A stretch of DNA of 26,548 nucleotides, from assembly GCA_964342815.1 (NCBI GenBank), contig CAYFHS010000040.1, positions 11,707-38,254 of the forward strand, in the 5' to 3' direction. This document shows positions 8,504 to 18,000 of this stretch, in pieces (the stretch's first letter is position 1; each line of letters begins with the position of its first letter). Position numbers and translations under genes: made by a program. The DNA comes from an uncultured archaeon (GTDB lineage: Archaea > Thermoplasmatota > Penumbrarchaeia > JASLWR01). The notes beneath the pieces are model-generated. The model made no database searches and was not told the DNA's origin. It worked only from the letters and a program-made list of their open reading frames with translations.

Positions 8504-9619
8504 TCATTGTCCTAGAATGTCCATAGAAGCGAGTTTCTCAGGTAAATAAGTATCCGTTACAAAATCCAGACCGTACTTCGCCAGAGCCTGCTGTTCCGCC
8601 TTTTTCTTGATCTTCAGCTGGTAGCCGATCTCACCCTGCCAGAAAGCCTCCTTGAAACGGGGGTCCTCAAGTTCCGATTTCAGTGCGGAAATATCTTGTT
8701 TAGTAAGCTTGTCGCTTGGGAGGTCGTAATTCTTTATATCGGAAGGAGTGATCCCGAGATACATGGCCGATGGTGTGGCAAGATATTCCGATATATGTGC
8801 TGTTTTTATGGCACCGTATGCCACAGATGCGAATATTCTATAGGACCAAGGATCGCCATCGGTAAATACTACAACCGGGAGGTTCAATTCCTTGTTCACT
8901 CTTTTTATAAAACGTCGCGTGGATCGTGCCGGTTGACCCTTCAGGTGGACAAGGAGCGCGCGGAAATCCTCGTCGAATTTATTTTCCACGAGCCTGTCGA
9001 ACATACCCCCGGTCTCGATAGCGATAATGAAATCTGCATCCACACTGTTCAGTTTAATTTTTTCTTTTTCTACGTTGTACGGGATTGAGTATCCCGAATC
9101 ACCCACATCGTCACGGCAGTTGATCTTCTTAATCTCGCCCTTGCGGTTCCTTTCTTCGATTGTGATATCACCCATTATCCTCGCCCCGTCCTCCTCCGGC
9201 CTCAGTTTGAAATCCACTCTCAAGAGCCTGGATATGATTTCGAGATCCTCAGCCACCTTGTTCGATTCGTCCTGTGAGTGAAATTTCGCAAGATCCCAGC
9301 CCTCACTGATGTAGTACATCTCCCTTAGAGTCGAGGATTTTTCTGCCTTTATCATCTCCTTTATAAAATCGATCACACACATTGATCTAAGTATGCCATA
9401 GGCCCCCCCCAGGGTTTTTGCAGAACGAGAAACTTTGTTTGGGCCGTATTTCCACACACCCATCTTCTCATTAAATACAATATTGGATTTTGTACGGGAC
9501 GGGACCTCCAACTCGGGTATATATCCCCGGTTTATCTGGTTATAAATACCAAGGGCAATATCAGTAAGAACGGTGGAAACATCACCGTTGTCCTTGTTTG
9601 ATTTTTTCCTCCGTCCCAT
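8504..9619 (-). CDS. top6A: DNA topoisomerase VI subunit A
   Basis: STLREMYY catalytic Tyr region, toprim IETGG and DGDP motifs, [10 protein letters not shown] and KKAEQQAL; 371 aa, full length. Confidence 0.97.
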   Translation of the reverse strand: MGRRKKSNKDNGDVSTVLTDIALGIYNQINRGYIPELEVPSRTKSNIVFNEKMGVWKYGPNKVSRSAKTLGGAYGILRSMCVIDFIKEMIKAEKSSTLREMYYISEGWDLAKFHSQDESNKVAEDLEIISRLLRVDFKLRPEEDGARIMGDITIEERNRKGEIKKINCRDDVGDSGYSIPYNVEKEKIKLNSVDADFIIAIETGGMFDRLVENKFDEDFRALLVHLKGQPARSTRRFIKRVNKELNLPVVVFTDGDPWSYRIFASVAYGAIKTAHISEYLATPSAMYLGITPSDIKNYDLPSDKLTKQDISALKSELEDPRFKEAFWQGEIGYQLKIKKKAEQQALAKYGLDFVTDTYLPEKLASMDILGQ

Positions 9620-9657
9620 TTTTTCCCGTACCAGTTAAGATCGATCATCGATATATA

Positions 9658-12600
9658 TTATTCGTCCTTAAAAATCTTCACGACATTATGATCCAACTTT
9701 TCCGTACCCGGTTTTCGCTTTACGGGTTTCGTAATTTCTTTCCGTTTAAGAGGTTTCATGATTATTTTGTTTTCTTTCCTTTTTGCTTGCCCTGAGACCG
9801 GCCCTTTGTTACTAGAGCTACTTTCCCGAGTGGCTGTTGTGAAGATTTCTCCATTTTCACACTCTTTTTTCTTGCCGCTAACCCGCTTTCCAGGCACCTC
9901 TCCATTAATTAAAAAATCATCATCGAGGTAATCGTTAAATAATATTTCCAGTTCCTCTATAATTTCGTTATTTTCAACCGCTTCTGTTTTCACCTTGGGT
10001 ACTTTTTTCTCCTCTGAATACACATTTTCGAGATGTTTTTCTTCGTCATACCCAAGTTCATCATCGTGCTGGTTTAACCTACGAATGCGCGTTAATCTAA
10101 CGAACAGCAAAACGAGAACGAAAACCAGTGTAAATACCACCGCCAATATTGCAATTATCAAACTGGTTGAAATGTCTCCGAATATGCTTTTTTTATTTTT
10201 GTCGCTCTTGTCACCGTTATCGCCGGTCTTAGTATCGTCATCCACATCGTCGTCCACGGAGGTATCATCATCACTATCATCATCTCCGGGAGTATCGTCA
10301 TCGCTGTCGTCGTCACCGGAACTATCGTCATCGCTGTCGTCGTCACCGGAACTATCGTCGTCGCTGTCGTCGTCACCGGAACTATCGTCGTCGCTGTCGT
10401 CGTCATCGGAACTATCATCATCGCTGTCGTCGTCACCGGAACTATCATCATCGCTGTCGTCGTCACCCGTTCCTGATGACGGAAAGGAGTACTTATCCCA
10501 AGGATCCGTAGTGTTCAAATATTCTTCAAAATTGGTGTACCCGTCGCTGTCGCTATCAATTGCTGCATCATCGGTAAGCGGAGCCAGGCCATTCGCTACC
10601 TCCCAACCATCGGGCATCCCGTCTTGATCACTATCTGCATCACGAAGATTTGTACCGTTTAGAAATTCACCCAGGTTAGATAGATCATCTTCATCCGGGT
10701 CTTTCACAGCATCCCCAGAATCCAGAGGATTCATTTCATGGGAGATCTCCCATCCGTCCGGGATCCCATCTCCGTCCGTATCGGCATTGTTGGGCAGAGT
10801 ACCGTTCGTATATTCTTCAAGATTGCTCAAGCCGTCATCATCCAGATCCTTCAATGCATCCGTATCATCCAGAGGGTCCAACCCGTTGCTGTTCTCCCAG
10901 TAGTCCGGCATACCGTCGTCGTCGTCATCATCATCCAATGTGTCGGGGGTTCCGTCTCCATCGGTATCCAACTGTTCCTCACCGATCTCGGAGACGAATT
11001 GAAATACATTTCCAGAAATTCCGGATGACTCCTTACCTATGCCGTAAACGAACCATTTTACCGTATCGTCCCTTGAAGCGGGGATCACGGCATAATATTT
11101 ATCGTTGTTTCCATTCGTACCGTTCTGACGATCGAATATGCCCGATATGGTGGAACTCCCCTGGGAGGGAGCGCTTCCATCCAGGGTGTAGTAGAAGATC
11201 ACAGACGTACCCGATCCCGTGCTCACAGTCCCGAGATCATCATCGGCACTGGCTCCGGGATATACGTCCGCCCATACTGTATTGGTGTCCGGGTCCATTC
11301 CTTCAGAACCCACCCACGACTCCTCCAATGGAATCTTGGATATAAAAGAAAAAACGGAACTTGTGGCGACACCACCTGTTGAGGAATTGGCCACCGCCAA
11401 ACATTTTACGGTCTGCCCGCGTGAAGCCGGGATGATGGCATAGTACTTGTCGTTGTTTCCATTCGTAGCGTTCTGCCCGTCGAAAATACCCGTTATCTTT
11501 GGACTGTTCACAGTGGGATTCTGATTGTTTAGAGTATAATGAAAGGTCATTGAGCTTAGCGAGCCGTCGCTGACCGTGCCGCCGTTGTCATCAGGGCTCG
11601 TACCTGGGTATACGTCAGCCCATACTGTATTCGTGTCAGGATCAGTTCCCTTTGAACCTATCCAGGCGTAATTTTCCAAGGTTTTGGAGATGAAGTAATT
11701 TATGTCGGAGATGTTGAACGCGCCGTTTGAGGCATTCCCGAGAGAAAACCATTTAACGGTTTGCCCGTGAGATGCCGGGATGATGGCGTAATACTTATCA
11801 TTGTTTCCATAGGTACCGTTCTGCCTGTCAAATATACCCGTTACCCTGGTACTTCCAAGTGTGGGGTTCGATCCGTCCACGGTGTAATAGAAGGTAATGG
11901 ACGTCTGAGATCCGTCACTAACACTCTGTGCGTTATTATCGGCACTGGACCCTGGATTGACCTCGGACCAAATCGTGTTTGTATCGGGATCCTCCCCATT
12001 TGATCCGATCCAAAAAGGGATGCTGGAAATGAACATTCGTACGGTGCTGCTGTTATTTCCGCCGCTGGATGCGTTTCCCAGGGCAAACCATTTCACCGAC
12101 TGATCCCTGTTGGCCGGGATGATGGCGTAATATTTATCGTTGTTTCCGTTTATCCCCGCCTGACCGTCGAAAATACCTGCGATTCTGGCACTGTTCACTG
12201 TGGGTTCGGTTCCATCAAGGGTAAAATAGAAGGTCATGCTGCTCTGTGAGCCGTCGCTTCCGCTCTGGGCATTGTTATCGGCACTGGTTCCGGGATACAC
12301 TTCGGCCCAGACCGTATTCGTATTTGCTGTTTCAGCCTCGTTCACCACCAATGCTGATGCACTACCGTTCAGTACCAGGGCTCCGGATGGCGAGATCCCG
12401 TTCCCGTGAGAGGGGAAAAAATAATAATGCGACAGCTTCAGCGGGCCGGAACCGGTTGGATTTTCAGGTGGCCATACACCCCAGATAGTGTTCGAGTCCT
12501 CCCACTTGGCATATGCGGTCAAACCGAAGTATCCCGGACTACCGATATCCGCCCAGGCAATGCTTATCTCGGTTCTATTGTTTGCACTGTTACCCGAATA

Positions 12601-13050
12601 AATGGTACCTGTGTATGGTATATCTTGATCCCAGTTAGATGTGCTCTGATTGAAATTCCTCAGGTTATAATAAAGATTATCTTCGAGAGTGAATAACCAA
12701 TCCGCCTCGAACGGAAGCGTGTTAATGCCATCCCAGTTATCACTCTGTGCGCTGCCGCCTCGAACCGTGTCGAAATAGATCATCAGGTCCCCGTCTTCAC
12801 CGGCGTGATCAAGGTCGTTATCCCTCCAATCCTGATCGCTCACGGCAATGAACAAGTAGCTTGCGTTCCATGTAAGATAAAGTTTCGAAGATGATGATAC
12901 GTCCATAAGTTCATCCTGCTGCCAGTCGGAAAGATCACCGTCAATGCTAATGTTATGGAAAGATCCACCTGTGCTTGCCGGAGGCAAAACTATCAGTAGC
13001 AGGGTTATTAAAATTGCTATGGAAATTATATTCTGGAAGCTGCTTTTCAT
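9658..13050 (-). CDS. Single-pass surface protein: signal peptide, DOMON/CBM9-like domain, 4 tandem ~115-aa repeats, TSP3-like repeats, Asp/Ser linker, TM, basic tail
   Basis: ORF track 1130 aa; IDGDLSDW...LYLTWNASYLFIAV N-terminal domain; TM IIAILAVVFTLVFVLVLLFV. Confidence 0.9.
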   Translation of the reverse strand: MKSSFQNIISIAILITLLLIVLPPASTGGSFHNISIDGDLSDWQQDELMDVSSSSKLYLTWNASYLFIAVSDQDWRDNDLDHAGEDGDLMIYFDTVRGGSAQSDNWDGINTLPFEADWLFTLEDNLYYNLRNFNQSTSNWDQDIPYTGTIYSGNSANNRTEISIAWADIGSPGYFGLTAYAKWEDSNTIWGVWPPENPTGSGPLKLSHYYFFPSHGNGISPSGALVLNGSASALVVNEAETANTNTVWAEVYPGTSADNNAQSGSDGSQSSMTFYFTLDGTEPTVNSARIAGIFDGQAGINGNNDKYYAIIPANRDQSVKWFALGNASSGGNNSSTVRMFISSIPFWIGSNGEDPDTNTIWSEVNPGSSADNNAQSVSDGSQTSITFYYTVDGSNPTLGSTRVTGIFDRQNGTYGNNDKYYAIIPASHGQTVKWFSLGNASNGAFNISDINYFISKTLENYAWIGSKGTDPDTNTVWADVYPGTSPDDNGGTVSDGSLSSMTFHYTLNNQNPTVNSPKITGIFDGQNATNGNNDKYYAIIPASRGQTVKCLAVANSSTGGVATSSVFSFISKIPLEESWVGSEGMDPDTNTVWADVYPGASADDDLGTVSTGSGTSVIFYYTLDGSAPSQGSSTISGIFDRQNGTNGNNDKYYAVIPASRDDTVKWFVYGIGKESSGISGNVFQFVSEIGEEQLDTDGDGTPDTLDDDDDDDGMPDYWENSNGLDPLDDTDALKDLDDDGLSNLEEYTNGTLPNNADTDGDGIPDGWEISHEMNPLDSGDAVKDPDEDDLSNLGEFLNGTNLRDADSDQDGMPDGWEVANGLAPLTDDAAIDSDSDGYTNFEEYLNTTDPWDKYSFPSSGTGDDDSDDDSSGDDDSDDDSSDDDDSDDDSSGDDDSDDDSSGDDDSDDDSSGDDDSDDDTPGDDDSDDDTSVDDDVDDDTKTGDNGDKSDKNKKSIFGDISTSLIIAILAVVFTLVFVLVLLFVRLTRIRRLNQHDDELGYDEEKHLENVYSEEKKVPKVKTEAVENNEIIEELEILFNDYLDDDFLINGEVPGKRVSGKKKECENGEIFTTATRESSSSNKGPVSGQAKRKENKIIMKPLKRKEITKPVKRKPGTEKLDHNVVKIFKDE
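10232..10468 (-). repeat. 30-bp tandem repeat (about 8 copies) encoding a (DDDSDDDSSG)n linker
   Basis: ACTATCRTCRTCGCTGTCGTCGTCAYCGGA recurs at 10321, 10351, 10381 and 10411, with degenerate flanking copies. Confidence 0.92.
10483..10971 (-). repeat. Three ~49-aa bacterial TSP3-like Ca-binding units
   Basis: DxDxDG(M/I)PDxWE...DxDxD(G/D)(L/Y)(S/T)NxxE(Y/F)xNxT seen three times. Confidence 0.8.
10990..12321 (-). repeat. Four 113-116-aa tandem domains
   Basis: TNT(V/I)W starts at 12321, 11982, 11634 and 11286; shared YT(L/V)(D/N)...GIFDxQ...GNNDKYYA(I/V)IPA...VK(W/C). Confidence 0.9.
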
Positions 13051-13098
13051 TCGATTTCCCCCTTATAGTTCGACAAAAGACATTGATAATAGAACCGG

Positions 13099-13106
13099 TA
13101 TAAAAA
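13099..13106 (-). promoter_or_regulatory. Candidate TATA box for the 1130-aa surface protein gene
   Basis: TTTTTATA on the minus strand about 50 nt upstream of the ATG at 13050, with a GGGGGA RBS-like stretch in between. Confidence 0.4.
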
Positions 13107-13172
13107 CGTATCGAATAATAAGAGATTAAGCGGTCTTATTTGTCCGTAACGATAAATATGATGAATTTTTTT

Positions 13173-14888
13173 TTAACCTTGTCGATCACCCAGCCGCCAT
13201 GCTTTATCAGCGTATTCCCGAACGACCCTGTGTGTATTGAAATAAGCACCCATGTATATTGCTTGTTTCATTATCTCAACCCAACGTTCCCGGTCATTAT
13301 AATACTTAGGAATGATCTCGTTCTCCATAATGCAGTATATATCTTCGGCATCTTCTTCGTTGGTTCTATGCTCCGCGCCCGGCACTTCAGGTCCGGGACC
13401 TATTGCCCAACCACCTTTTCCCCCTGACATATTAAAACCTTCGATCCACCATCCATCCATAACGCTGAAGTTAGGCACGCCGTTGAGTGCTGCCTTCATA
13501 CCACTTGTACCGGATGCTTCCAGATATCTCTCCGGTGTGTTCAACCAGACATCTACTCCCGCTACCAGCATTCGGGCAAGCTCCATCTCATAATTCTCAA
13601 TGAAGATCATCCTCACCCCATACTCTCTAAGCAGATATTCAGACGCTTGGATCAGTTTCTTTATGATCATCTTTCCAGCTTCGTCTGCAGGGTGAGCCTT
13701 ACCCGCCATTAAAATCTGAACTTTTCCTCTGCAGATCCGGCCCAGGCGATCCGAATCATGGAAGATCAATAGGGGTATTTTATATCGGGTCATTCTTCTT
13801 GCAAAACCAAAGGTTAGCATATCCACCGATAGATCAGCTCCGGTGCTTGCCTTGATATGGCTAAGCAATTCACGTTTAATTTCCTTATGAACATTCCAGA
13901 GTTCTTGTTTGGGAATAATATTTAATTCTCGCAGATTACCCGGTTCATTACTCAAATTCGCGAAGTATCTAGTAAAAAGTGAACGAAGCCTAGGATGAAG
14001 CCATGTGAATGTATGAATCCCGTTGGTTATAGTATCGAAACTGTGTTCCGGGAACATATTGGCAACCACTTCTCCGTGCTTTACGGACACCGCATTGACG
14101 TATCTCGAAAAATCTAAGGCCAATTTGGTCATATCCAATCCATTCATCCTCATTGTATGGGGCAATAAACTCGTATATTCTCCATCCAATATCTTTTCAA
14201 CCTTCACGGTATCGTACTTCTCGTGGCCTGCTGAAACCGGCGTATGTGTTGTGAACACGCACAAATCACGAGTAGCCTGGACATCTCCTTCAAATCTCCT
14301 TAACAGCTCAAGGGTAAGCAGGCTGGAATGCCCTTCGTTCATGTGATATGTTACAATATCGGAATAGCCAAGTTCTTTAAGCAGCTTCACACCCCCGATA
14401 CCCAACACTAACTCTTGGGCCAGGCGTACTAGGGGGTCCGAATCGTAAAGTGATCCGGTTACATTTCTCATTTCCTTATCGTTACCCGGCACGTCAGTTG
14501 TTAGCAAATATATAGGTATATCGTGACCTGTGGACCCAATAATTCGATAAAGCCACGCCTCGATTCGGACTTTTTTTCCACCTACCACCAAGTCAACAAA
14601 GTTTGAAATTTTTTCTAATTCCTGGGCTGGTTCCCATACCACATCGGACTCTTTCTGTACACCCTCTCCGGTAATTATTTGATGATAATAACCGCTTTTA
14701 TAAGCAAGAGTAATACCGACCACGGGTAATCCTAGGTCTGCGGAGGACCTTAATATATCACCAGCCAATATACCTAGACCCCCACTGTAGGTTGGAATGC
14801 GCTGATCCAGAGCTATTTCCATGCTGAAATATGCCACCCGTCGAACCTTTTTTCGATCCCTGGGAAGTGCCATGAACCGGGTAATCAT
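13173..14888 (-). CDS. glgP: Alpha-glucan (glycogen/maltodextrin) phosphorylase, GT35, short form
   Basis: YFSME, TYSGGLGILAGD, MNEGH, FTTHTP and the PLP-lysine motif EASGTSGMKAALNG. An alternative start is the ATG at 14873. Confidence 0.95.
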   Translation of the reverse strand: MITRFMALPRDRKKVRRVAYFSMEIALDQRIPTYSGGLGILAGDILRSSADLGLPVVGITLAYKSGYYHQIITGEGVQKESDVVWEPAQELEKISNFVDLVVGGKKVRIEAWLYRIIGSTGHDIPIYLLTTDVPGNDKEMRNVTGSLYDSDPLVRLAQELVLGIGGVKLLKELGYSDIVTYHMNEGHSSLLTLELLRRFEGDVQATRDLCVFTTHTPVSAGHEKYDTVKVEKILDGEYTSLLPHTMRMNGLDMTKLALDFSRYVNAVSVKHGEVVANMFPEHSFDTITNGIHTFTWLHPRLRSLFTRYFANLSNEPGNLRELNIIPKQELWNVHKEIKRELLSHIKASTGADLSVDMLTFGFARRMTRYKIPLLIFHDSDRLGRICRGKVQILMAGKAHPADEAGKMIIKKLIQASEYLLREYGVRMIFIENYEMELARMLVAGVDVWLNTPERYLEASGTSGMKAALNGVPNFSVMDGWWIEGFNMSGGKGGWAIGPGPEVPGAEHRTNEEDAEDIYCIMENEIIPKYYNDRERWVEIMKQAIYMGAYFNTHRVVREYADKAWRLGDRQG

Positions 14889-15093
14889 GGATATTTATTT
14901 ATGGTTTTGGGCATGTAATGATCCTCAAAGCAAAGTGGAAAAGACTCCCCAATTTATGTTCAAATACCTACTGAAATATTGTTGGATTCAGAAACGTGGA
15001 AGATTAAAAAACCGTACAGATTATTTTAAATAGATTAATAAAAATACTTATATCATAGATTATGACGCTAAAAAATCATCCAAAGGTGGATTA

Positions 15094-18000
15094 ATGATTA
15101 TAGATAGAAAAATCGGAATCGGGATATTTCTCGTATTTATGCTTATATTATCCATATTAGGTGTTATGTCGTTTACAGCCAGCCAGAAGAGCAGACGTAC
15201 TGCCGGAGACCTACATCCCGACAGCCCTATAACCGGAAACGTTCTGTACACACCGATACTGCTGGATTTCGAGAGCGATGGAAAGATCGAGATAATAGTG
15301 GGAAGTCACGATACCATCCGCTGTATGCACGATCCTGACGGAGACGGTACCTGGTCTCTGCGATGGGAAGAACAAATTGGAAGTTCGATTCACAATTCTC
15401 CAAACATAGCAGATCTTGAGGGGGATGGAGAAGTCGAGGTGTTGATGATATCCGAATCGGCGGACTCCCTGTTTGCAATAGACAACCGGGGCAATACTAA
15501 GTGGCAGTACAACTACCGGTCCCAGGCTGGCTACAGCGACTGCCATTCTTCGGTAGCGAGCGGGGACCTCAATTTCGATGGTACTCTTGAAACCCTTTTT
15601 TCATGTCAGAGTTCAGGCAAGATGCTTGTTATCAGCGACGAAGGAGACAACGATGTTATCGGAGGAGGTTCAATCAATTCCGGCGGATGGCATTCGTCAC
15701 CTGCCATTGCCGAGCTGGATGGCGATGACACGAGTCTCGAATACATTCACCAGGGAGCCGCGGGAACTATATTTGCGATAAAAATGGGAGGGGCCAGTCT
15801 ATGGGAGAAACAAGTATTTCCATCCACTACAACCAATCCCTCTCCGGCCATCGGAGACCTTGACCAGGACGGCCGTAATGAGATTATCGTGGTATCCGAA
15901 GCCAGCAATAACCTTTACTGTCTCGATGGAGCAAATGGGAACGAGAACTGGCATTTCACCATGTCATCGGGCTCCATGTCCTCAGCTGCTCTCGCTGACC
16001 TTGACGGAGACGAGCTGTGGGAGGTGATCATCGGTGATACCTCCGGAAATCTGTATTGTATCGATTATGAAGGAAAAAAGGTATGGTCGGTAAATCTTGG
16101 GGCGGCGATCAAACCTTCACCCGCCATCGCGGACCTTGACGGTGACGGGCTTCTCGAGGTGGTAGAGGTCACAAATGACGGAACCTGCTGGGCCATCGAC
16201 GAGAACGGCGACATTATGTGGAGCTATGCAAGCGGTGAGAGCATTCCAACATCCAGCGTTACTGCGGACCCATCACCGGTAATCGGAGATATCGATTCAG
16301 ACGGTTATCTTGAGGTGCTATTTGCAACCGGTTCGGGAACACTCAGGGTACTTGAAACCGATGGGCAGGTTCCATCAAGCGCACTGCCATGGCCAATGTT
16401 CCGATACGACAGGGAGCACACGGGTTTTTACAACGGCACGTTGGAGTATGGTGCGTCCATTACGGTGGACGAGGAAAACACTCCGGACTCGATCCAATCA
16501 CCACTGATCCATTTCATAGAACCCGGACAAACTACCGAATACAATCTATCGCTAACTAACGTAGGACACCAGAGCGTTATTGTGGGGATGTTCAGGGACC
16601 GGTTCGATCTTTCAGTAAAAAACATTCCCGATAACTGGACGGCAAGCCTAACCGCCTACGAAGTTCCCATTAATAATGCGGACACCGTTCACCATGATCC
16701 ACATTTTGAAAATTTCGAGAGAGTAGAGGAGATCAATAACATACAACTTGCGGAAAGTGAATCCGTGTCCTTCTCGCTTGTAGTCACGGCTCCCAGAGCG
16801 AACGTATCCTACGGGGATTTCGCTGCCATCGATGCCTTTGCAATGAGCGTCACCGATAACAACGCTACCGATTCCATCACTACCATGACGTTTCTTAATC
16901 TGATAGTCGATCTGGACATCAATATAATTGCAGATATGGACCCTTTCCAGGAAAAAAAGATAGCCCCTATCGCTGCCGATGCGGACAAGATGCTTCTGGT
17001 GGAAGTGACAAATATAGGGAACCTGAACGATACTTATGATCTCAGGATAAGTTCGCCTATAGATTCCGGTTGGACCGTTTCTTTTTCAGCCAACGATCCT
17101 ATAGTACACGATATTAAAGGGATATCGCTTCCCTGCAGCCTATTCGGGCTTGAAGGAACCACAATGTCACTCCCGCTGTACATACACTGCCCTATGGGTG
17201 CGGATAAGGGCAAAGTCCTTCAGGTTACCATCGAAGGGACATCCCTGCTTTCAAAGGAGAGTTTCAAAGAAACCGTGGTGAGGACGGACACCGTGGATAT
17301 GCTTGTCAAAGAGACGAATCTCTTGACTTTGGAAATGATCGAACCCTCTAAAAACGTTGATCCCGGAGAGACCATCGCCTTCACGGCGGTTGTGACGAAT
17401 CGTGGAAATACCCGTGCCAACGTTGAACTGAACCTGCTGAATCCGCAAATCGACAAGGACATTCCAGTGAATGAGAGATGGACCGTTTACTGGGAAGCCA
17501 GCACTACCAGCACTCACGCGACGTTTCTACGACAGCACGAGCCAATGCCTTTCAGGATAATGCTCCGGGCGCCGACGAACGCAGAGGCTACCCGGATCGT
17601 CATGGATGTGAAAGCGGAAAATCTGGATGACAGCAGTGCAGTAGTGTTTAAGCAGTTCACAGCTATCGTTAACGAGAAATACGATTATACGATCAATTTT
17701 TCAAAGACCACCAACAGCGTCCTTCCGGGTCGGGAAATCAATTATGAAGTGAGTGTGGACGAGGATGACGACGGGATTGTGGAAAAGGTGACCATCAATG
17801 GAAAGATGGTGAAATATGATTTTATCATACACAACACAGGGAATGCTCAGGACGAAATATACCTGTACGTAAAAGATCTTCCAAGCGTTTACTGGACCGG
17901 TTATTTCGAGGAAGAGGAGGCAAGCGTTTCCAATATCATCATGCCTATTGGGGAAGAACGGCACTTAACCTTCGTAGTACTTGTACCGGAGAATGCTGTG

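Noticed and set aside
8504-9619. Spo11, Mini-A or Topo VIII interpretation
   Set aside because: Length and motifs match canonical euryarchaeal Top6A, with no fused B domain or mobile-element context.
10158-10466. ORF MTTTAMMIVPV... and the antisense 9995..10627 ORF
   Set aside because: Alternate-frame and antisense shadows of the GAT/GAC-rich linker.
10232-10468. 30-bp direct repeats as a CRISPR array
   Set aside because: No spacers; the repeats are contiguous, in frame and encode an Asp/Ser linker; no cas genes are present.
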